A DNA stretch of 64,000 nt. It comes from Lophium mytilinum. Taxonomy: Eukaryota. Positions 53,901-63,223 of the stretch are shown one piece after another (within the stretch, counting starts at the first letter, position 1; every line of letters begins with the position of its first letter). The position numbers and the translations under genes were made by a program. The DNA lies in assembly GCA_010093605.1 (NCBI GenBank), contig MU004181.1, positions 2,418,001 through 2,482,000 on the forward strand, given 5' to 3'. The notes under the pieces are model-generated. The model was given only the letters and a program-made list of their open reading frames with translations, was not told where the DNA came from and made no database searches.

Positions 53901-54154
53901 GATGGTATTTGGGCCCGGTCATAGGATGTACCGTAAGACTGGTAGTCGCGCGATCCGTTGGCGAAGGCCATATCAGAGTATGTTGGTACCAGGGCAGGGT
54001 TGGGAGGCATGGAGGGCGACTGCGAAGCCGGGTGCGCATTCTCCATGTGTTGATGCCGCATATTGGAGGCAACGTAGCTGTTCAGGCCTAGGGGATCTTC
54101 GGATGATTGGTCTGCGAGGCTGTTATCCGGCAAAGGATGTGAATAGTTCGCCAT
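50966..54154 (-). CDS. Zn(II)2Cys6 transcription factor with fungal-specific TF (middle homology) domain
   Basis: RKRLPLACIACRRKKIRCSGEKPACRHCLRSRIPCVY binuclear cluster; YPLLHKPSF, MAYALQLHRD and EIRRRTMWSCFLMDR; 1062-aa ORF. Confidence 0.95.
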   Translation of the reverse strand: MANYSHPLPDNSLADQSSEDPLGLNSYVASNMRHQHMENAHPASQSPSMPPNPALVPTYSDMAFANGSRDYQSYGTSYDRAQIPSPATKSHSFTQHRTPVSNFSEGPGSVASGIQHRLSTSTIGDFSQQRDGLDQNTSPESGLGLSVMGVGETMNDSMGTRADGSVSGDGGEGSIKDKDGNLEPPPWSEMKTKAGKERKRLPLACIACRRKKIRCSGEKPACRHCLRSRIPCVYKVTTRKAAPRTDYMAMLDKRLKRMEDRVIKLIPKENAGSVPPMGRSVVKPPLPGTVPKPSATKKRAADEAFGNDLEDWSKSGASKQVEENATATSKARTTEEGKLLTEGVESLPSKEMQEHLAEVYFDFVYGQSYPLLHKPSFMRRLAAGNVPPVLTLAICAISARFSTHPQLRTEPAFLRGEEWATKAREIALKRYDAPNITILIVYLLLGLHEFGTCQGGRSWMFGGMAQRMAYALQLHRDLDYDPLGGENGERKKLSFIDREIRRRTMWSCFLMDRFNSSGTERPLFVNEQFIQVQLPVKEQLYIDEIAGSTEDLDGGASTSNSEQLTDTTANMGVMAYLIRLVSIWGELIKYLNLGGLERETVPTWDPESTFNCIKGRLQKFKETLPETLHHNEENLKSHAIEGSANQLLYLHILYYQSVLFLNRFARPSTASGDSIPKLRRTSRLADSGAHTPNEVPQEFLAEAARNALEAAEQVSIVISASMDHNVVAPFVGYSAFFSSTIHIRGVFSKNPQLEEQSKKYLASNVKYLTKMKKYWGMFHYIAENLKDLYRQHADAALRGPAAGNSKGQEQIFQYGDWFDRYPHGVSNTDYEDPATKVKREPGTDAVLGQKSDLQSVEEFFASLSPPSRAEHQRKMAKKKKQAKPKTDDLPSIDATAQLQPQLSPSQHTPLQHPPQDLHQMRLQPDVVENFDPAYYASNPANASFPTPFAQIPGQPQPPQSHAQNIGLMNHATATNSLLPLDLSAFAGSAAPDLWNLDLGGMPNTGGMGNGFFPDQSMAWFMPFNMEPPTLGDDGVFAGDAWGFGGPHVGTGDVMDEGGGMGS

Positions 54155-56014
54155 TGACGTCGCGGGTGAAGGAAGCGCTCACATCCCCACCAATGCTCAG
54201 GACAATTGTTAGTCAACACAAGGGTATAAGTATACGGGTGTTTGGTTGGGAGTGTAGCGTCGCGTAACTGCGCAGATCATGTCGGATGCTGCTCAGTTGC
54301 CAGCATCGCCGTCGATCCGAGCGAAGGGTTTTCCTCCCGCAGTGGCGATGCGCGCGAGCTATACAGCCAAGCCAGCAACGAGTGATGAAAGCAACGTTGG
54401 TGTAATCGGCGGTCCGGAGCAGCCAATGCTTGTCCTGTTATCCGTGTGCCAGGAGGTGTCGAGGCTGAAGAGCGGTCAAGGGGGCGTTCGGACAAGAGGT
54501 CTGTTCGGTGAATGGCGAGGAGGGGCAGCGGGAGAGCTTCGAGGCCGGAAGCTGGCGCGATGGTGCAGGGCGGGTATAGGCAAGTGGACGAGCAGAGAAT
54601 CGAGTGAATGGGCAAAGGGCGAGGTCGGTGTCGGGCGGGCGTGGCGGTGGCAGCGGTGGCATTGGACGCGCGCAGTGGTTTGGACGACACAAAGACCCGC
54701 CGAGGTTCTTCATTCTTAGGTGTGCGTAGCACTGTTCGCGGGCCTGCGTAGCGCTGTTCGACCGGCCAGAACTTGCACCACGGGCGCCGAATTAGTCAGG
54801 CCTGCCCCCGCAAGCTCGTCTCTACCCGCAGCAGCCATCGCGATGCCTGCACGCCCTGGTCGTCCAGGGCTTTGCCGCGTCAACGGCATGGCACAGAGAG
54901 CACCACATGCAGATAGCTTGCGTGAAGGCAGCCACAGTCGCACCATCCACGTTCCCGCCCGAAGCCTCAAAGCGCCCCGCACTGCTTGGAACGTCGACGT
55001 CAGGCCCCGGAGAACTCGCCAACACCAGTGCCTCGCAGACGCAGGCACTGCAGGCACAGCGTACAAATTCGCCGTGAGAACGCCGACACCTTCAGGCGTG
55101 CAATCTGATGAACAAATGACAGCGATGATCGTGTAATGTGCTAACCTGCGGCGCCATCCATCCCGCGTCGGCGACTATGGACGAAGCGCCTTCAGCCATT
55201 TCCCATTCAGCTTGAAGTCCGAAACGGCGTCCCAAGTCTGCAATGACGGTGCTCCATGCTATATGCCAGGGCCCTGGTCGCCCGGTGCGAACCCTATTCG
55301 CCTGCGGCCCGGCCATGACTGCCTCCAATGCGGCCGACCGTTCGCGATCGCCAGAGTTTCATGAACAAGAGCTTGGGTTTCGTGATACGCACGACGTGGG
55401 GGCCGAAGCACGATTAGATTATTAACATGGCAAAGGGATTGGAGATAAGTGCGTGCTCTTCTAGGGAATGACCCTGTTTTGGGCCTGGACGGACCATGTA
55501 CACACTTCACGGTTGCGCCATTCGGTGGTCCCTGTACTGTGCGTGCATTGCAGTCTAGGCGAGTTTGGCCTTCTAGAGTTACGTGGAGTGCATGCATACT
55601 TGATGGCTGCGTCGCGAATGCATTTACACTGTGACACGTCATCATATGATAGCCTGCGAAGGAATCTACTGCCATGTAGCAGACAAACACTGATGAGTAA
55701 CATTACAGACACCTCAAACGTTCAAGGAAACCAGGCTGAGGCTGCATAAGAATCAATTCGTCATTTAACCATATAAACTAGCCCGTTGCAACTGCATACT
55801 CATATATAAAAGAACGACTAGAAGAACGCGCCCACATGTCTCAGCGCCACACCACTACACTACCACAATCAGTTCCCTGCTGCAGTCGTGTGTCTCGTAT
55901 AACCCCCATTTGCGTGGTTGACCTGGTGGCAACACGTCAGCAGTGTTACTGTCTTCGCCAGTGGCCTTGCATATAAGCCTACCGCACCTGTATTACTCAC
56001 GTCTTTGAGGCCTC

Positions 56015-56962
56015 TCAAGAGGCATTATTGCCTACGTTGGCAGCGGCGGCCTCTTCCGCATTCTTGTATGTCTTGTAATCCGAGTAATGAACGTAAGGTC
56101 CGTAGCTGCCGTAGTCCTCCTGAACATGACCATCGCCAGCTTCGTCCCGCTTCTGCTTTTGGGCAGCTTCTTCCGCTGCAGATCGATACGCTCCGTACGA
56201 AGCATACGGCCTGTAGCTGCCATAGTACCCGAATGTTGATTCAGTCTTGGCGTTGTCTGCATTGTTGCGCTTCTGGTTTTGGGCCGTCTCTTCTGCTACA
56301 GATCGGTACGCTCCGTATGAGGCATACGGTCTATAGCTGCCGTAGTAGCCGAATGTTGTTTCAGTTTCGCCCTTGTCTGCAACGTCGCGCTTCTGCTCTT
56401 GAGTGCCTGATTCCGTCTCTGATGCCTCAGTCATAGCAGCGGCCATGCTGCTGCGCTTCTCATTCTGCGCGGCACCATCCATAGCTTTCGAGTAGCTTCC
56501 ATAATATGAGTATGGGCGATAAGTCCCGTAGACGCCAAACGTTGTTTCTGTCTTTTCAGTAGCCACATCACCGCGCTTCTTGCTCTGAACACCGTCTTTC
56601 GCTCCAGCTCGATACGCTCCGTACGAGGCGTACGGCCTGTAGCTGCCGTAGTAGCCGAACGTTGCTTCAGTCTCGGCGTTGTCCGCATCGTTGCGCTTCT
56701 GGGCCTGTTGCGTGGTAGCGTCTTCCGCGGATGAGCTGTAATGATCATAAGACTTGTATATTGCATATGGTCGGTACCCAGTGTAAGTGCCATACGCAGT
56801 GAAGGTAGTCGCCTCTTCTGATCTGGGGATAATACTCCATGCTCGTGAATCAGCTTCCCTTTTCAATGGACTGATGAGACCCCCACTAGCAAGTGGAGCA
56901 GCAATGACGGCTGTCGAGGCACCAATCACCAAGGCGGCGATGAGATCTCGCGTGAGATGCAT
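56015..56962 (-). CDS. Kex2-processed repeat protein / dikaritin RiPP precursor with Tyr-rich cores
   Basis: Signal peptide (MHLTRDLIAALVIGASTAVIA-AP), seven KR sites, 40-aa (120-nt) repeats with acidic leaders; three identical TFGYYGSYRPYASYGAYR cores and three variants. Confidence 0.88.
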   Translation of the reverse strand: MHLTRDLIAALVIGASTAVIAAPLASGGLISPLKREADSRAWSIIPRSEEATTFTAYGTYTGYRPYAIYKSYDHYSSSAEDATTQQAQKRNDADNAETEATFGYYGSYRPYASYGAYRAGAKDGVQSKKRGDVATEKTETTFGVYGTYRPYSYYGSYSKAMDGAAQNEKRSSMAAAMTEASETESGTQEQKRDVADKGETETTFGYYGSYRPYASYGAYRSVAEETAQNQKRNNADNAKTESTFGYYGSYRPYASYGAYRSAAEEAAQKQKRDEAGDGHVQEDYGSYGPYVHYSDYKTYKNAEEAAAANVGNNAS

Positions 56963-58739
56963 GACGAAAGTGGAGGAAGCTGAATTCTCTCAAACGATCT
57001 AAGAGATGAGGTAAGCGAAAGGCCAGAGACTCTGAGGAAGTAATCTGGGTTGGGAGAGCCAATATTTAAATGGAATACACATCTTGTAGTGATAGAATTC
57101 GATAGGGAAGTCGGCGATATGAGCACCGACACTACACAGGTATACAATTGATAACTCCATGATCCCACAGTGTCGTATGATGCTAATCGAGCAAAACTCA
57201 AATTGCAGCTCGCGGATTCTTTACCAGCTTCCAATGATTCCAGTGCTGTCCCACTGTTGAGTAACGCTTGGAGGCACCATCTAGCAATCAAAAGAGACAA
57301 AGTAATACCTCATAATAGACCTGAGATTAGCACGGACGTGGTGAAGTCTGTAGACCGTATTGGATAAATGATTGTGATACTGAGCAAAGACTTGGAATAT
57401 ACGGGAAAGGGTCCGTGGCTATCCTAAGAACCCTTCTTTTTAACTGGCAAAGCACGACAGAGACGTCCAAATTCACGCCACGATAACCAACGTACTAGCG
57501 GGAAGACGTCCCACGGAGCAATTGGCAAAATGCGGTGAAGATGCTGTGCCGCGGAAAATGGCCATGTGTTGAGCCCACAGGCAACGACAGGCGGATTAGG
57601 AAAGTGTCTGTCAACCTATGGTCTAGAATCAAGATACTTGCTGCGAGAACCCGAGTGTCTGTAACGTGTTCCCCATCAGGATGGACGTGTAGTGCTTTTC
57701 TTTGTCGAGAAACAAAGCGGAAGGTTGATGAGGGGGTCCGGCTTAGAGGATCTTGATCGTACCAATCGGATTGGAGATTTTCCGGTCCGGTGGTAGAGCT
57801 AGCTTTGACACCTCCTTCTATGAACCAACCACAAATTCTGAGAGCTCCAAATGTAGCACTGTAAGTCCGTTAGTGGACTCCTGACATCGGGATCCCGCAG
57901 CCATGCACTTGCTGATCCACAAAATCCCAGATGGCATCGCAAAACTCGGGAAGGCCGCGTGATCTTGTCTGCCTCCACTGCATCAGCTGGGACGGAGATC
58001 CCAGCGTGTCCGTGTACTACTACTGCTTGCAAGCGGCCGAACGTTGTCCCTGGCTTTTGTGGTTTTGAAGGTATATCGTAGGTATATCGAAGTACTGTTA
58101 TTAATCAAGAAGTCAGACGTTTCGCAAAGCTTACGGTAAGGTCAAGGAGGTAAGGACCTTAGTGCGCAAACACAAACCCCCCATTCTTTGCCCCGTCCTG
58201 ATTGCTAGGTACTTTCTCCTGGGTTCCGTGAGTCTAGTAACCAGTCAGTTAAGAGCGTCAAACATCTAGTTTAGATTTTGCTGTGACCAGACTGACATCC
58301 AAGGTATTGTTTTGGACAATCTATCAATGCACCACACGCAGTCATCAAGTAAACACAGGAATTGATGATCAGTCACTGCAGCTGGCAAGTTCTGCAAACT
58401 TTAGAGGATAAGAGCGTAAGGATTTGACTAGTTCGAAGTTTTGTACTATTGCACTCTTTGCTGAGTCTAGCAACGACAAACGTCAGCCCACGGAGATGGC
58501 GTTTCACACGGATGCTTGCAGGAGCGGTGAGAAAGTCATCAATTTCAATGAACTGGTGAATGACACTTGCGGTAATCTGTGCAATCGAACTGTTAGTCTT
58601 CTATACTTGCTTCGCTTTGTGCTCAAACATTGTTAGTAAAGCTCAGCAGATGCTTTATTCCTGTCTTTCCATTCATCCAACACAGCCCCACCCTTCACTT
58701 TCTATTTTGTTCTTGATACTCATGCAAGCTTCGACGTGA

Positions 58740-59813
58740 ATGTTCACCATGTTTGGTCCACTTGTAAGAAATTCTACCAAGTTCACACCAGTCTCTCAGG
58801 AAGAAGACCATGAGGCTCTACTACCGTGTCCTTCCTGTAGCGCCTCCTCTGAAATCAAACGATCACCTCGACCCCCCGGAACTTGGTACTTTTTGAAAAC
58901 ATACGCTCCTCTCGTCCTCTTGATATGTGTTTCGGGACTGTTTGGGGTATGGTTGGGCAACAACTGGGTTTTGAGACCCGACAGGTTTTGCATTCGGCAC
59001 ACTTCCCAGTATTGTATGACATACTGAATTTGACGTGGACCAAGAGTTAACATCCAAACATAGCCCCTATAGTCAAGGAAGTCGACCTTTACTATGAAAC
59101 GGTTCGCTTCAACGGCTCTTTGCTGAAAGCCAATATTTTCAGGGGGCCTGCGAGCCCCGAGGTCGATGCAGCATGGGAGTCATTGGGGGTGAATTGTAGG
59201 TATCAAGGCAATGCTTTTGACAGTCAAGATCACTGAACCTATATTCAGACCGCGCCGTGGTAGTTCCAGTAGATCAAGCAACTCAGTCCGGCATCCGTCC
59301 GGATCAAGTGAAAGTCAGTCAGCGCTACGGGGGTGGATTTCCTGCCAATGTGGAAGGTTTGCATCACTTGCACTGCTTGGTGAGTTCTTCTTCAAATTGC
59401 TGGACTATTCGTACTTGAGCCAATGTTAGTCATGTTTTCTAATCATTCCGATACAGAATCTCCTCCGTAAAGCGTTGACATGGAACTACGAATACTACCA
59501 CAAGCAGGGCGAGGGACCGTTCACGAATTCAGACTACGTGATTCGGTATCACGTCACGCACTGTTTGGACGTTCTCCGTCAACAGCTCATGTGCACTGTC
59601 GACGTTGGCGTACTAGGGCAGATCTGGTATCATCCCGAAGGCTATCCAATGGAGCCGTTTGTTGACTTTCACACAAATCACAAATGCCGGAACTTTGAGG
59701 CAGTAAGAGCATGGGCGGAGAAGCATCAGTTGCCTCCCGAAGAGAATGTCGATATGCAGCATTTCTATGAATTGCCGAAAGAGGGAGACAGGATTGTTTC
59801 CGAGATTCCATGA
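58740..59813 (+). CDS. DUF3328/UstYa-family oxidase (fungal RiPP cyclisation/oxidation enzyme)
   Basis: Exons 58740-59013, 59064-59195, 59249-59379 and 59457-59813 give 297 aa with an N-terminal TM helix, YSP, FNGS...FRGPASPEVDAAW, VEGLHHLHCLNLLRK, YHVTHCLDVLRQQLMCTVD and HKCRNFEAVRAWA (two HxxHC motifs). Confidence 0.93.
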
Positions 59814-60071
59814 TTCTAGAGTTCACGGTATTGATAGATTGAATGTATCGATTTCCAACCATCTCTGCAGGAGAAGCATGATTCTTGATTCTCTGAAAAG
59901 CGTTCAGCCAACTTTATAATAAGTCTCATAGGTAAACTTGCCCCGCGTATCACGTGATAATGTGAAATATATCTCGCCAAGAAGAATCCAGTCACCTCAA
60001 ATCTTCAAAAGTTGAACTTCCCCGAGGACGACACCGTTCCTTCAGACTTCGACACTCGCAATCCCTCGACC

Positions 60072-60680
60072 ATGGCTACCACTGCTGCGACCTCGCTTCC
60101 AACACCGTCTCCTCTTACGAAATTCTTCTCTTCCAACCCCACCAGTAACCCCCTCCAAACCCTCGCCCTCCAAATCCAGCACAACCTCACTCACCAACAC
60201 GCCTGGACCGCAATCCGCCTCCACACACACTCTACAATCACAAACACTCCTCTCCCGCGCCCACTACTCTCAGGCCTGCCCCCGCTACGGCTATACACCC
60301 ACCCAGACGAGCAAGTGCAATTGCTGAAAGAGGCGGAAGCGAGGAGGAAAGCCGGGAGGACGAAGCAAGCCGAAAAACACACCGACGCACAAGAGGAGAC
60401 AGACGGAGCAGAGCCGGAAGGACTGGACGTGCAGGCTGAGCCGGAGCGCGAATGGGTATTACCGACGCGGCTGAGCGAGCGGTGGAGCTTGAAGAGGCTG
60501 GCGGAGGTGTTCGATGCGATCGAGCTTAGTCCTCCGCCTGGCGCTGAACACGGCGCAGATGAGGAGGAGGGGAGCAAATGGAGGACGACGAAGAGGGTGG
60601 TGCTCGCGACGGTCGATTCGGATAGCACGGTGGTTTATTATATCGTGCATGATGGGGTTGTGAAACCGAGGCAGAATTGA
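60072..60680 (+). CDS. SEN15: tRNA-splicing endonuclease subunit Sen15
   Basis: IQHNLTHQHAW, RPLLSGLPP..LYTHPDEQ, EREWVLP, WSLKRLAEVFD and KRVVLATVDSDSTVVYYIVHDGVVKPRQN. Confidence 0.88.
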   Translation: MATTAATSLPTPSPLTKFFSSNPTSNPLQTLALQIQHNLTHQHAWTAIRLHTHSTITNTPLPRPLLSGLPPLRLYTHPDEQVQLLKEAEARRKAGRTKQAEKHTDAQEETDGAEPEGLDVQAEPEREWVLPTRLSERWSLKRLAEVFDAIELSPPPGAEHGADEEEGSKWRTTKRVVLATVDSDSTVVYYIVHDGVVKPRQN

Positions 60681-61315
60681 GGAGGTGGAGAGGAAGAGTT
60701 GCACTATAAGGCTATCATGCCTCGGAGGCCACACGGCGCCGCCCCGTTACCGCTCCCTCTTACAACTTTAGGATCGGCCGCAAAGAAAGCATTGCAATGC
60801 ACGCGCTTCTACGGGTGGTAAGGAACACCTATGTGATCTTAGAAATTGGGTGCAGGTGGGCTAGCTGCAGAGCACCTCTGCAAGTAGAGAGGTTGAGGGT
60901 CGTGCCGGGTGCAATAGCTCGCGCTAATTGAGTGGCCCTTGACTGGTGAGAGAAGATGCCAGAGACTAGGCCTTCAAGACCCTGAAGCATACGAGAGCTT
61001 GAGGAAACACCAATCTGAGAAACTACCTCACAATCTAGAACTAAGAGGGTAAGTCCGTTCTTCTTTCAAATATAGGAGGTGGACATCATATCGTAACGTC
61101 ACTGAATCTCTGTCTTTTTAGTGACTACGATTTGATTAAGTCCAGCTCATATACCAGAATCAATACGAGACTCATTCTTCCATCATCGGTCTATTATTAT
61201 GTGAACTTCATTTATCTTACAATGACTCGTCAAAGGAATCTATACACTCGTTCAACGCTGCTGGAGAAGGACTGTAGGAGGTAGTATTCTTAGCGTTCCG
61301 AATGAGAGAGAGGGT

Positions 61316-61725
61316 GGGAGTTGATCTTGGTGTTGGGAGATATGTGAGCCAGAGCCAGCCAGTCCGTGTGGTTTGAAGTTGGGTTTTTGGTGTTATTGGC
61401 GGATCTCTTGAATGAGGCCTGAAAATTTGGGTTGGTCTTGAGGGTGCGAGATGTTTGAAGTGGAGCCAGTCCGTTCGATCTGAAGCTGGTTTTGGCATAC
61501 TATTGGCGAACGCTTGACATCAGGCTTCAGATATGGGGTCAATCTTGAGGGCGCGAGATGTATAAACGGGAGCCAGTCCGTGCGATTTGAAGGTGGTTTT
61601 GGCATATTATTGGTGAACGCTTCAAATCAGGTCTGAGGATTGGAGTTGATCTTGAGGGTGTGAGATGTATAAACGGGAGCTAGTCTATGCGATTCGCAAT
61701 TGTTTTGGGCATGTTATCGACGAGG
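61316..61725. repeat. Diverged tandem repeat, about 4 copies, 107-bp period
   Basis: The AGC(C/T)AGTC anchor recurs at 61357, 61464, 61571 and 61678, with shared TCTTGAGGG.G.GAGATGT, TTTTGGCAT and TATTGG.GAACGCTT blocks. Confidence 0.9.
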
Positions 61726-62155
61726 TCCATGATTTAGGCTAGGAGCCCTGTACAGCATCTTAGACTACTAGTAAACTCGCGAGCCCACCCGACAGTGTCA
61801 ACATATTTTACGCAGATCCTAGTGTTTTCTCTGTGCCCGGGTTCTTTTCAATCCCGTCACCCCCTGTATATGCACCTGTGTCATATTTGGTAGTTAGTGA
61901 ATGGATAAAATGCTTGACCGCTGAGTGTCAAAAGTATCCATATCTCCCGCAAGGATGCTGCAATATCTTTCAAGCAAGAGCATCTCCCAAGAGACTTTTG
62001 TATTCATAGTATCGTGCACACATAAGGATAATAGACGCCAAAGAAGGACAAGTCTATCGCTCCACTTCGCCCTTTACGCGGGGACTATGCCAGCCGTCAT
62101 GTCCTCACTGTTGCATAACCCCAGCTCGTGATATGGCCAACACCCTTTCGGCAAT

Positions 62156-62910
62156 CTACCACTTCGCCTCCTTCCGCGCCAAGAACTCTTTCAGGACAGT
62201 CACATCCTTCTCCAGCGCCTCAAGCCATGGCACGAGCGCCGCCTGCACTTTATCTTGATCCGCGCCCAGCTTCGCATAGAAGTCCTTCCGGTACGGCGTC
62301 GCGCCCATAGCGGCGCTGAAGATAGGTTTAATCAGGAAGGAGTGGTGCGGCTTGAGGGTGTTGGAGTAGGCGGAGCGGAAGGAGGCGGAGAGTTCTTCTG
62401 AGGAGTTGTTTAGGTTGGCGCGGAGGGCTTGGGCGGTGAAATCGAGGCCACTGGTAACATGTTAGTTATCTGGTATAGGGAAGTCTGGGGTGGAAGGGGG
62501 GCTTACCGGACTAGCCATAGGAGCCCCTCGGTGGCTGTGTGCTTCTTCTCCTTCAGCTCGTTCAAGACGAGGTCTTGGAGCGTCTCGGACAGAGTGGGAG
62601 CGGCGAGTTGGCGGTCGCGGATCTTCTTGACGTTGCCGAGCATGTCGTTCTTGACGGGGTTGAAGGCCATGGAGCCTAGGACGTCTGCGGGGGGAGAGAT
62701 ATTAGCATTGAAAACGAGCTCTATTACATAGACCTTGAGGATATTTCTGCAGTCTTGAAACCTACCAAACAGTGTAGTCAAGCTCTCCGCAGCCTCGAGG
62801 AACTCGGTGGTTGGAACAGCATTGTCCTTCCCCGACTCGACTGGGACATCGACGAAGCTCTTCTTGAGCGTGTCGAAGAAAGTTCCGTTGGGAGGGTATG
62901 CGGCAGCCAT
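62156..62910 (-). CDS. HET-C2: Glycolipid transfer protein, HET-C2 homolog
   Basis: TFFDTLKKSFVDVP, TTEFLEAAESL, FNPVKNDMLGNVKKI, TATEGLLWLVR|GLDF, LKPHHSFLIKPIFSAAM and PYRKDFYAKL; two introns; stop at 62156-62158. Confidence 0.92.
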
Positions 62911-63223
62911 GATTGCTATGCTTAATTGTATTTCTTTTGAGGTTATAAGGGAAAGTTTGAGGTTTCGTGGAGCTTGAAGAAGACGAAGCTCCCTTGGAAA
63001 GCGGTGTGCGAGGGGCTGGCGCGGGGGCCATCTCCAGACCAGACAGGGACCAGATCGGTCAGCTAGTGGGGCCGCACGTGCAAATATAGATAGCAGTGAA
63101 AGGTCTTGAGAATACACTATCATTACTTTATTTGAAATTCCCTCCAACTCCTGGCCAATCTAAATGGTATCAAATGCGCTGTGCTCGCTAAACAAAATCT
63201 TGAAACATCCCAGAATCTCTCAA

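Noticed and set aside
54277..55750. GC-rich overlapping ORFs upstream of the Zn2Cys6 gene, considered as extra RiPP cluster genes
   Set aside because: Ala/Arg/Pro-rich translations without domain features; consistent with promoter and 5'UTR sequence.
57334..57689. Repeated GACGT cores in the precursor/oxidase divergent promoter
   Set aside because: About four or five copies of a 5-mer in about 1.8 kb is close to chance expectation.
61217..61605. Two similar short minus-strand ORFs (MPKP.S.RTDWL.F.HLAPSR) suggesting a second peptide precursor
   Set aside because: They result from the 107-bp repeat, lie in different frames, and have no signal peptide or KR sites.
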